A DNA stretch of 64,000 nt from Ruditapes philippinarum. Its lineage: Eukaryota. Positions 1 to 11,399 of the stretch are shown piece after piece. The notes beneath the pieces are model-generated. The model did no database searches. It was not told the origin of the DNA and saw only the letters and a list, made by a program, of their open reading frames with translations. Location of the stretch: contig NW_026854430.1 in NCBI RefSeq assembly GCF_026571515.1, forward strand, positions 1 through 64,000, given 5' to 3'. The translations under genes and the position numbers were made by a program. Numbering within the stretch: position 1 is the first letter of the stretch; every line of letters starts with the position of its first letter.

Positions 1-480
1 GAAGGAACAAACTTGAATTAGATGACAAGCTGACCAATATTGTTCAAGTTTCTTTTGTATTTAATAAAATAAAAACGAAACTGGTCAGTATAAACGCTTG
101 GAGCAAAGGTCTATTTTGAAACAACATTACTTTTGTAAAAAGATCATCTATTTCAAGTTTTGATGATGTTTTAAATAAATGAATTTGACTACGTGTTGTG
201 TCAAATTTAGGCTGAAAGTGAGTCTGTTTTAAATATATGTCCTATCAAATAAGCTCTATGTTTTATATCGGATATATTTAATAAAATTGAAACTCTGGAC
301 AATATCACAACAAATCATACATTTGCTTCAGATTATTTTCTGTACAATATATATAAAACTATCTAATATTTCTTTTTACGTTTTCTAACCCTCATTGAGA
401 ATCAACAGTTATTAGTACAGAGCAAGGCTAAACAGCATGTCCGTGGAGTCTAACCAAGCTATATATTGTCATTTGTAGGT
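1..480 (+). pseudogene. LRR relic fragment (runs off window start)
   Basis: LTNIVQVSFVFNKIKT, FNKIETLD and LRFLTLIENQQLLVQSKA in + frames. Confidence 0.55.
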
Positions 481-684
481 TAACCTCTGCACATTTTTAT
501 TTTGATATCCCAAAAAAATGAGTATTCACAGTTCCGAAAATGGAATCTGGACAAGTACAAGAAGTTTCACACTGAGGTCAAAAAAGCCATAAAACATAAT
601 AATTTAAATTCTTACAAAGATCAAGTTAAGCTCTGCAAAATCTACAAAATATGAAATAAACTCGGCATTAAAGTGAAAATAAAT

Positions 685-921
685 ATGAACCGGTCACAAC
701 AAAACCAACAAAGTGCGTTTGCGACAAGCATGGATCCAGACCAGCCTGCGCATCCTCGCAGTCTGATCAGGATCCATGCTGTTCGCTTACCAACCCTGTT
801 AAAAGTAGAAAAATGATATCGAACAGCATTAATCCTGATCAGACTGCGCGGATGCGCAGGCTGGTCTGGATCCATGCTGGTCGCAAACGCACTATGTTGG
901 TTTTGTTGTGACGCGGCTCAT
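685..921. mobile_element. Palindromic MITE (~100-bp imperfect inverted arms)
   Basis: atgaaccggtcacaacaaaaccaac...gttggttttgttgtgacgcggctcat. The arms agcatggatccagaccagcctgcgcatcc / ggatgcgcaggctggtctggatccatgct are reverse complements. AT-rich flanks. Confidence 0.85.
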
Positions 922-1074
922 ATTAGCCCGATTTGGGTACAAGCGTTGCAACACTTTTTATTTGAGGTCATTTGGCACAGTAAATTTATTATTCTGGAAA
1001 CAAACGGGTTGATGAAATAATCTATCTGAAAATTCGCAGAATAGTTATTGGTCCGGACATACACCAAATGATAC

Positions 1075-1500
1075 ACAAATCTTGTTTAAAAATATTTTCA
1101 GTCCCCTCGTGTAGAAAAATCTCAGTGGAAGCCCTTAAAGGGTAAAACAGATTTGAAACATAACTTACTCTTCTACAACATTTACTTCCTGCTGGATTGT
1201 ATTGTAACAGTTAATTTTTTATTAATACGAGTAACAACAACAAAACCGAATAACACAATCAATCTAGAAACACCAAAATTATAAAACACAAAAACAGTTA
1301 AAGATAGAGAACTGTTCTCCATTGAATGTCAAATAACTTTCACAAAATCACATATTAAACCATACATACCTTCGTCTATCATGAACAAATACTAAAAATT
1401 TGTTTGAAGCAATGGAAGAAAAAATACTAGAGCATTGCAGGCTTGATTGAACTCTATTGTTGTTATTGTTGAAGTTGTGTATATAAACGTTAAGACATTT
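1075..1500 (+). pseudogene. LRR relic fragment, duplicated at ~23605-24050
   Basis: ISVEALKG*NRFET and LSQNHIL. A near-identical copy starts at ~23607 (tacacaaatcttgtttaaaaatattttcagtccc). Confidence 0.55.
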
Positions 1501-1749
1501 GTGGCATTTTATGTACAGTGTTTCGATTCGATTTGATTTACCTGATAGCATTTTCGTATTATGAGATTATTATGATCAGAACAAATCAATTTTATTGAAC
1601 GTATCCATCTGCAATTTAAGACTTACAACGTGTATATCGATGCAAAAGATACAAAAGCAAAAGATCAGCATTATCTATTATTATTCATGTATATGCACAA
1701 ATAACGATTGATAATTCAACAAACTGTCAAAATATACTTTAATTATGAG

Positions 1750-1880
1750 CTTTGCTGGTTGGACGTTTAGTCACACCCAATTATGTAAAGGTCATATATC
1801 AACTATTTGGCTTTACTTTTGGATGAAGACATCGGGCATCACTCCGTGCATCATTTGGCACTTGATAAGAAGCAACGACT
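1750..1880 (-). mobile_element. Degenerate SINE 3' fragment carried in the duplicated unit (also ~11830-11930, ~20700-20800, ~24275-24410, ~30450-30530)
   Basis: aaggtcatat...gaagacatcgggcatccctccgtgcatcatttggcac resembles a common bivalve SINE body/tail (recalled, not searched). Confidence 0.45.
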
Positions 1881-2463
1881 GCAGATTTCTTGCTCAAAAT
1901 GAAAAGAATTAACGTGTCCTATCTGAGCAATAAGAAAATGTTGTAAATAGAGCATATCCCTCCGTGCATCATTTGGATATTAATAAGAACCGACGACTCT
2001 AATTTCGTGCTCAAAATGATACGGTTTAAAGTGTTATACTTGAGCAGTAAGAAAAATGTTGGATTTAGATTGCAGGATTATTTTAGCTTACTAATGATAT
2101 TAGATCGTCTATATCAAAATTATAAAATTAAGTCTTTTAAATTGACTGACTAATCCTTGAATTGGCAAATAACTTATCATTTCGTCACCATTATCGCACA
2201 AATAACATTTCGTTACATATATGTATTTAATGGTTCGTTATATTAAGAATCAGTAATTTAATAATTCAATTCAATATTTTATTCGGCAAAAACATATAAA
2301 TGTTCATCGCCAATATAACATATATACAATGGCGGTACAAATACAAAGAGAAAAGCATGAATTCATATTAATTAAATCAGTCGAATTCTTACAATAACAA
2401 AACAAAGAGATACTATATATGATCTATAACATACATAAAATAAATCCACATTACACAGTCATA

Positions 2464-5400
2464 TCATGCCTGATAGTTTTCGCGCCAAAGATTAGCTTTG
2501 TAAACGTATTTTGCAAGTTTATTAATAGTATTACTTTGTTGACAATTTAAAAGAGATTTGAATTTAAACAAATTTGGCCAATGACAATAATAACTAGGTA
2601 AAATATTAAGTCTAATCTGTCTGTAAAAAGGACATACTAAGAGGAAATGATACTCATTTTCTATACTATTCATATAACATTTCGTGCATATTCTTTGACT
2701 TCTATTAATGTTTCTATATCTCCCTTCTTCTATAGCTAAATTATGAGCAGAACACCGGAATCTAGACAAAGCAATTCTATAGCTATCATATTTTACACAA
2801 CTTAAATATTTTTCTAATTCAAAACTGGATTTAAATAAACAGTAGGTATCAAGTTTAGGAGATTCTTTGAGCTCTGAAAACCATTGCTGTAGATATTGGT
2901 CATAAATAGTTCTTATTACTGTTTGAATTTGTAAGTTAGTGATTTCTGTATTATCCCATAAATAAGAGTATCCTAAATTATCTAATAATTGTTTAACACT
3001 TACAGACCAATTGTTAACTAATATTCCATGATCATCACGCATATTAAATACTTTAAAAACTAAAGAATTCGGGGTTTTCATAATTCTGAACCAATATTTT
3101 ATCATTCTGATTTTACGACATATAATCATCGGAACTCGTCCAAATTCACCGTAAATCGCAGAACTGGCAGTCTGTTGACGAACTTTTAAAACGCTTTTTA
3201 AAAACTTTAAATGAATTTTTTCTATATCGGGTGCCTTATGTAAACCCCAAATTTCACATCCATAATTCAGAATCGAAGTGATCATGGAATCAAATAACTT
3301 AATTTTGTCTTTAATGTCTAGTGATACAGTTTCAAATAGTGAAGTAAGCGAAAACAAAGCTTTCATAGCTTGTCCAGACAATGACTTTTGTGCCTGGAAA
3401 AAACTTCCATTAGCAGACAGAGTAACACCTAAATAAGTAAATTTAGTAACAATTTTAAGTCTATGATTATCATAAAATATATCAATATTTTCAGGTCTAT
3501 TACCTTTCTTACATATCATCACTACGGTTTTATCAATATTAACACTGATACCCCAATTGCAACAATAAGAATGTAAATTATTTAGTAGGTTTTGTAACCC
3601 TTCTTTGGAATAAGATATTAACACCGTATCATCCGCAAAAAGAAGTAAAAAGAGATGTAATTCGTCCATAGTGAACGAGTCAATAGAGTCGTCATATAAA
3701 TATTGATACATATCATTTATAAAAAATAAAAACAACAGAGGGGATAATGGTTCGCCTTGTTTAACGCCCTTAAAGCTCTCAAAATTATCACTTAGCTGTC
3801 CATTTACACGTACACAAGATTTAACACTTTCATATATTTTCTGTAACATATTGACAAACTTTGTGGAAGCTCCATAAGATAATAATTTAAACCAGATTCC
3901 GTTCCTGTAAACTACATCAGAGGCTTTTCTGAAATCGACAAATGCTAAATATAGCTTCTTTTTATCATGCGAAATAACTTTATCTATGATTGAAGTTAAA
4001 ACAAAAATACAGTCGATGGTACTTTTATCTTTTCGAAAACCAAATTGAAAATCACTTAACATATTGTTGTCCTCGGCCCATTTTCGAAGTCTTAAATCTA
4101 ATAAAGTTGAAAAGATTTTTGAAAAAATACTACTTAATGTTATTCCTCTATAATTATTGACATTATTAAGGTTACCTTTTTTTGGGACAGGAACAATAAC
4201 ACCTTTAGTCCAACTATCTGGGTAAATACAATGAGTAAACATAATATTAAATAGTTTGCATAATAACGGTGCAATAATATCTTTACACTCAACAAACATC
4301 TCGGGGATTAAACAATCTATTCCACCGCTTTTACCACTCTTTAACATATTTAGAGCTTTCAATACTTCATCAAGGCTAAACAAAATATCAAGTTGTTCAA
4401 CATTGATATTAACATCACTGTTTAATAAATTTTCAGCATCATCATTTATAAATTCGTTGTCATCAGAAAAAACATTTTTGAAATGATTATAAAATTCGTC
4501 TTTACTAATATTACTCCCTTTTGGCGTTTTTGATTTAAATTTTTTAATTTCTTTCCAAAACTTTTGGGGCTGAGTAGAAGCCAAAGTATGTAATTGTTGT
4601 TTTTGGTTGGCCTTAAATGTAGCACGTGCCTTGCGCTTAGCCAATCGATATTTACGACGCTTTTCAATGAGCAGTGCACCGTTACAATTGGTTCTATTGT
4701 TTTTATAATGCTTATTTACTGAGCGAAGCTCACGTCTAGCCGTTTCACATTCCTTCGTGTACCAAGGACTCTTAAACTTACGGTTATTTGACCTAGACAC
4801 ATTAAATGACCTTCCAAAAACGCTATAGGCTTTTTCATAAAGAATAGATGAAAATTTATCTACACCCGTATTAATATCGGTATCATCTGAAATTATGCTA
4901 TTTACGATTGACTCAAGATTTGTATATTCATTTTCTATCAAAGATTTATATTCATAGCTTCTATCATCATTCCAAATAATTTTATCAATATTTATTTTGT
5001 TTACATTATTCAATGTTAGATCACTGTTACAACATAGGTTAAGCTGTATAGGTAAATGACTAGAGCAGGTATATAAATCATGTACAATAAAATCACTTAT
5101 AACGTGGAAAAAATCTTGCGACATAAGAACGTAATCAATCATGCTATTTCCAGTTGACGACATAAAAGTATAACTACCAACACCTGCATCATCACCAATA
5201 CGGCCATTCACAATTTTTAAGTCGCTGCTTACACAAATATCTAATAACTTCTTACCAGAGCAATTAATCATTTTATCCATAGAAAATCTATAAGGAATAT
5301 CATTTATGCTAACTTCCGATTCATTTTTATCTAAAGTTGAAATATACTTATCAAAATTATCAGTACATTCTAAAATATCAGACCTTTCACCACATCTAGC

Positions 5401-5896
5401 ATTAAGGTCGCCAATTACTGACACTTTTCCATATTCACTATATTTACGAATATAATGTTCAAGTGATTCAAAAAACCCTACTTCATGTGACATAAAATAC
5501 ACAGAATTGCTAGGAGGGATATATAAAAAAACATATATATAAATCATACTCAAAACCAAAAAATGTTTTATCAAGTTTGACCCATATAAAACCAGTGTTA
5601 TCACATTCTACAATAGAAATACCGTTATTCAATCGCTCTTTAAATAGTAGGCAAATTCCACCGTGTCCGCGTTTAGATTTAATACTTTCGGGTCTGGGAA
5701 CATAAATAGAATCATATCCTTTCAAAGAAAAAACTTTAACATTCTTTTGCCATGTTTCACTAAGAAAAATGATATCAAAATTTTGGACCAAGTCTAAAAA
5801 ATCTTCATCATCTACGCAAGAATTTAATCCTCCCACATTCCATGAAACTATTTTCAAATTGTCACACTTTTTCTCTGTCCCCCTATTTAGAACCAT
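2464..5896 (-). CDS. LINE ORF2: AP endonuclease + reverse transcriptase + C-terminal CCHC motif (one +1 frameshift in the A7 run at 5525-5531)
   Basis: IVSWNVGGL, FLSETW, GDLNAR, SMIDY and SSHLP (APE). NYRGITL, GVKQGEPLSPLLF, LFADD and YLG (RT). NYGCEIWG...GEFGR and RICTKC...ENEYHFLLVC, typical of RTE-X-type ORF2. Start codon uncertain. Confidence 0.9.
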
Positions 5897-7029
5897 ATAA
5901 TTCATTATCAATATAAAGTTTATCCCTGACAAGAACTGCGCGTTTTCCCTGTTTCCTAGCATCAATCATCACTGGTTTAAGTTGCTTCCGGCGGTCTTTC
6001 ACTTCCGGTGGATACTGATCTGCTACATTGTAATCTGTATGCTGTAATTTAACATGTTTAAGTGACTCTTTAATCAAAGATTTTGATTCTGAATCAAATT
6101 TTGCATCGATGGGCCTAGTTTTGCCTGATATAAATTTCCCCACTCTATGTGCACGTATTATGTTAATCTTAGAGCGAGGATCATTAATGCGCAGGATTTT
6201 GTCACAGAAAGTGAATACCTTATCAACACAATTTTCATGATCACTTTTTACGACAGAAAAAAAACAAGGCTGGTGCACTAATACTACCATGTCCAGCAGG
6301 TTCATGGAAATCATCAGATGTCGAGATTGTAGAAGTCTGGTTAGTAGAAGTGTTGTCCGTGAACCCCGTAGAATCCGTCACGGTTGATTGAACACCGCCA
6401 AGAGGAGCGGGATTGAACGTAGTACCCTCGGCAACTCCGAAGAACAGGAGATTATCTCGCATCGAGCGACATTTCAAATCAATAATATTTTCGTTACATG
6501 AATCGTTTGCCGACTTTAATTTTTCATTCTCAGCACTCAGAAATTTGACATCACTACGTAATTGAGAAATATCGCCTTTATTTTCGATAGAACGTGCCGT
6601 TACACTATCATACTGTTCGCTTATAAAAGCGTGACTACGTTCAATCTCGTTGAACTTTTGATCAAGGCTGTTTAAGCGTTCCGTTATTTTCTCGACAGTT
6701 GATTGAATTTTATTCAATTGGCCAAGTTTAGCGTCCATACTGTCCAAACGTTGTATAATCCCCTGTAAAATGTCCGTATTTAAATTGTTTACATTTTGCT
6801 GAGATAATATAGGTGATGTTTGATTTGTTACGAAAGGGGATGATGGATGATACAGAGGCGGCAGCATAAAAGACTGACCGATACCATATTGACCAACCTG
6901 TGCTGGAGAAGCTGCTTGTTGAAGATTTGGAGACTGAAAGTTTTGTTGAGTGTTTGCCGCCATCTTTCTCTTTGTTTCTTTGTTATCGTTCAACGGAGAA
7001 ATATTGTCCTTTTTACGTTTTCTTGTCAT
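5883..7029 (-). CDS. LINE ORF1: coiled coil + L1-type RRM/CTD (one +1 frameshift in the A8 run at 6257-6264)
   Basis: Heptad-rich region, RSMRDNLLFFGV, RAHRVG...RPIDAKF and DQYPPEVKDRRKQL...RDKLYID. Joins track ORFs 6241-7029 and 5883-6314. Confidence 0.85.
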
Positions 7030-7179
7030 TAGAAAACCAATATAAGTCCGTATTATATATGAAACAGATAAATTAAGATGCCAGTAATGTATTAATTCAT
7101 TTTAGAAACATTTATATATCCATATATATGTTCTAATAACCGATTTTTCTAACTATCGCAAACATTTGAAAAAATACGT

Positions 7180-7189
7180 CCGCCATTTT
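7180..7189 (-). promoter_or_regulatory. YY1-type motif (AAAATGGCGG) near the LINE 5' end; probable internal promoter element
   Basis: ccgccatttt on + strand, ~30 nt from the 5' end. YY1 sites at LINE 5' ends are known from L1. Confidence 0.45.
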
Positions 7190-8682
7190 CGAGCATGCGC
7201 ACAATTTGAATTGAATTGAGTAATTTAATAAATCAGTCAATGTTATACAAGTACATTTAATTGTTTTCATATTGGTTGCAGTTAATAAAAACAAAGCGAA
7301 CTAAAACGACTAGACCCTAAAAATGCCTTAATAGCTGTTTCTAGAAATTACATTGTCTTATGTATTCATAAGGTTATACTGGGGGTGTAGTAAAATGCCA
7401 TTTAACATCCTAGGCCAAAAGGGTTTTTGTTACGCTCACAGTTTTGTGAACATTCTAAGTCCAGTAAATTAAAAATGGTGAAATAATCCGTCTAGTGTTT
7501 GTGTCCAACATTATTGTATTCATAAATGTACAAGCTTTTCAATACGACACATTTGGTATTATTACTCACTCATTGGAAGCTAGTTCGCAGCTGGTCATAT
7601 AGATGTCATTAATTAACAAATATTCCCATAAAGTAATTACTCTCAGAACATTTGTACAAACACAATCCTCGATTAGTAAATGCGTGAATAACTGTGAACT
7701 TAACCATGCAAAATTTTTAATAGTCGAAGAACAAAATATATTCAAGCAACAGTACGCACAAGACAAAAAGACAGTTACACATACATTTCGAACCACTCAA
7801 CGCTGGCCGCTGTAAAAATGTGTGCCAATGCTGTGAATCTTAATTATATAGTTTGCTGCGACGTACCGCTTTAAAGGTTATGTTGTAAAAGAATGATTGA
7901 AGAACTTTATGTGTGGTACTTATACGAAAATATATGCTGCTGCTTTCTTTCTTTTCTCACAATTTTCTATTCATATGCAAATTAGTGTTCAAGTTCGCAT
8001 TCAAAACAAAATGTTCACCACATTCAAATTTACAGAACAAAATGACAAAGCATAATATTGCAGACAGAACTTTCTTTTTTCTCATTATGAGATAATTATA
8101 TACATTAACCCTAGCTCGGATTTAACTGTTTATAAAAGCACTTAGATGTGATAAATGTCTTACATCAAGCATCTTTTTCCAAGCCGGACTCCGAAAATAA
8201 AAATTAAGTCATGACAGAAGTTAACTATTTCGTCGTTGAGAACATTATGGTTTTATAACTAATCTCATTTAGAATATTTAAAATACTGAAAGCAATGAAA
8301 AGAAAAGCCATTTTTAGTACTATTTGACTACTGAAAATATCGGATATGTAACATAATAAAATAAAGCTTTTGACAATCAAATTGCAGGTGTTAAACATAT
8401 AAAAGCATACATGTTAACTAGTTTAATCAAGAATATTAAACAAATTTAGCAATAGTATTGACACTGGAATAATATAAATTGATCACCATTGTTATAACCA
8501 ACACAATATTAAATATTAAACAAATATATAAAGTTCTCTTATCAGTTGAGTATCATAACAAAGGTCACTAAGGCTAATGCTTTAGAATAGCAAATTTGTA
8601 ACATTGCAAATAATTTTATGCAGCTAGCATTTACTGCGTAGGTGTATTAACTTTTTTCTGTTACAATCAAGAATTCATGTTT

Positions 8683-8684
<2 letters not shown>

Positions 8685-8737
<53 letters not shown>

Positions 8738-8739
8738 TT
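8685..8739. repeat. (ATTT)n microsatellite; paralogous tracts at 14071-14154, ~17778-17802 and ~39645-39672
   Basis: Read directly. Same position in each module Y copy. Confidence 0.95.
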
Positions 8740-10118
8740 ATCAAATACGCTACACAAAAACGACTATATGACATCATAAGGATAACCCAATAAAATGTTA
8801 AAATGAGCAATGTTGTTTACATCATCGTTCTTGAGGTATGGCTTTGTGTGACGTAAGAAAATATGGCTTATCACAAATTAACAAAAGGTAGTATACAGTA
8901 TAACATAAAACACAAAACATAAAATTAAAAAAAAACCAACTGAGCATATTTTGGTAGATTTAATAGAATGTTTACAATTAAAGCAATATGAAATTATTCG
9001 TTTAAAAACAACTACGATATTAACACTGAATGACAAAAGTTAAGAAAATTTATAATTAAAAGATATTTATAAAATAAAGACAGTATAATGTTGTTTTATC
9101 AAAGATTCATGTGAAATTATTTCTAAAGAATTGCAAATATTGTTTGATTTTAAGGTCAATGCATCTTTGCCAATAGAGTAGACGTTTATACATTGGCTAA
9201 AGTTGACTCGTATTATATTAAAGGAAATATTGAAGGAAATAATTTGCTACAGATGTCTTAAACATAATTTTATCGATTGATTAACACTTCTAAAACATAG
9301 ATAAACGCGTGAACAAACTAATTAAGGTTATTATGCTATTTGTGTCATTAAATTCCTACAACACTTTATCTTTCTCACTTCACAAGATTTCTGATCAAAC
9401 AGCTAGAGACTCATCCGAATATGCTAGGCATTTAAATGGATTCAAGATTAAAGAAAGTCTTATCGGCCACAGAATCAAATTACAAACAGAAATGGCTGCG
9501 GAATTTTATGTTATGTGGCTGGCGATATTTTAGTGTTTACAGAGAATGTTCTCGAACATGATAATCAGTGTAGTTTAACATCAGAGTCAACTACTGAATA
9601 CACAAGTACAATTATGGTAGGGCAGCTTATACAGGATCATAGTCACATCATACTGGACACGCATAACTAAAACATCAATAATGATGATGCCATCAAAAAC
9701 AGCAACTGTAAATAATTGAAGTATTAAGAAACAAGAATATATGTGACATATATGAGTAATCCCAAAACATCACATCGATGCAGCTAAACGATATTGTCGA
9801 TATTTGAAGAAAGAACACTAGAAAAAGCATGTTATGACCATAGTGACCTCATCAAAATTAAAGTTAATGCTGGGGTGTTGTTTTTGCAGGACTGATTTTT
9901 TTTTCAATAGGTATCTTCTCGGAAAGCAGGTAAGGTGAAGCGACAGCTGAGATATAACCATAAATGTGTCAAAATCGGCTTTGAACCAAAATCATTAAAT
10001 AAATTTGGTGTAATTTATATGATGCAAAATTTTGGATGTATTTGAATAAAAAGATATGATGGCGTTTGCTCATTCATAAGTATTTGTATTTATTGATTAC
10101 AATCAAGATATGTGTATT

Positions 10119-11330
10119 GTAAATCATTTCAAAATACACTCAAACTTCATTAGCTTAATTAACCATGCCAAGGAAAATCTCCTCCACGATATGTTTCACT
10201 CTGATAACAAATAATTGACTATGTTAGAGATTTTATCTGTATCCTAAAATTGTATTGGCGATATATGACCGCATTGTTACGTTTTGATGTGGACATAATT
10301 CGACAGTGTTTGATAATGGTTACATGATTTGAGGGAAAACAGATCTGGTTTATATAGAGAAGAATGTCCCACATTGTTTCCTCATGACATAGCTTGTTAC
10401 GGCGGAGATTAAATGTGTCAGGCGTTAATCTACTTTTGTATGTTTGGCTTTTGTTACAATGCCATAAGAGAAAAAAGATATGGTATCATATTAGGTTTAA
10501 TAATTGATCGTAAAAAAGATAAAAGTTTCGATCCTAACAGAATGATCACGTGATCAAGACTAGGCATGGGAAATGCTCAGACATTCTTATACTGACAATT
10601 TAATCAAAGTAGTATCCGCCTTTGAAATGAGATAATTAAAGTATAAATAGATATATATCATGGTTTATTGAAATTAATATTTAATATTATTTAGACTTGC
10701 GAGGATGTACATGTAGTAAGTCAATATTGAAAGTACTACTTGGTACTTTTTAAATGCAATGTTTGATTTATTGGATTAACAATAATCTAATTGGACTATT
10801 ACAAGTTATTTTTTAAAGGGACGACATGTTTATGTATCTATATCCAAAAACTAACCTCACAAGTTTCTAATATAAATATTAGAAACAAATTCCGATTGTC
10901 AATCACGAAAACGTTTTATTATTCATACATTTTTTAGCTAATATCGTAAAATATATCGATGAATATTATCAAAAGAGGACAGCTAAATTTGAAAAATACG
11001 TAGTTCTGCAGCGAATAAGCAATAAAACGCAATCAAATACTACGCACGACTTATTTATTGATATGCCGGGCTGAGAATTGCTAACATTTAACTTACTAAA
11101 TCATATATTTACCTGACATCTATTAAAAAATGGACAATCTATTTCCGTAATGACTAATATTGTTCTTAAACTGAGCTGTCTCTCCTATATGAAGAAAAAT
11201 GAAGCCAGTGGCAAAAAGCACTTGAATCTCCGAACTCTGACTGAAGAGTTCTAGTTCTGAGTGTGATTTAGTTTCTTCTAATTCATTTACTCTGTATGTG
11301 TATGATTAGATATGTGTATTTGCAATTCAT
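10119..11330 (+). pseudogene. LRR relic module X copy 1
   Basis: FISLINHAKENL, LEILSVS, YNAI, YLDLRG, WINNNLIGLL, FLANIVKYIDE, DLFIDMPG*ELL, then an LRRCT-like HIFT*HLL.KW...LKLSC. Confidence 0.65.
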
Positions 11331-11399
11331 TAAGTCCATATGTGTATGATGTTATGATTTAAGATATGTTTATATGCTATTTGCCGATTTGTTAAGAAA

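Larger units (their letters stand above)
2265..7218 (-). mobile_element. Full-length non-LTR retrotransposon, RTE-X-like
   Basis: 13-bp TSD agtaatttaataa (2252-2264 and 7219-7231). Empty site in the paralog at ~24760. 3' AATAAA followed by a (TTGAA)n tail. ORF1 plus APE-RT ORF2. Confidence 0.92.
1540..9900 (+). pseudogene. LRR relic module Y copy 1 (split by the LINE at 2265-7218)
   Basis: Flanks rejoin to match the uninterrupted paralog at ~24720-24800. Motifs TLRTFVQTQSSISK (ORF 7603) and NIADRTF (ORF 7913). Boundaries approximate. Confidence 0.6.

Noticed and set aside
642-875. 77-aa ORF MDPDQPAHP...
   Set aside because: Lies in the palindromic MITE; no sign of a real gene.
10150-10360. 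Conserved block read as an enhancer/promoter (kappaB-like GGGAGATTTTCC in the 19161 and 41820 copies, TGATTTAC, TAATTA, minus-strand TATATAAA)
   Set aside because: Short motifs are expected in AT-rich DNA, and the block is explained as LRR-coding relic. Not supportable without chromatin data.
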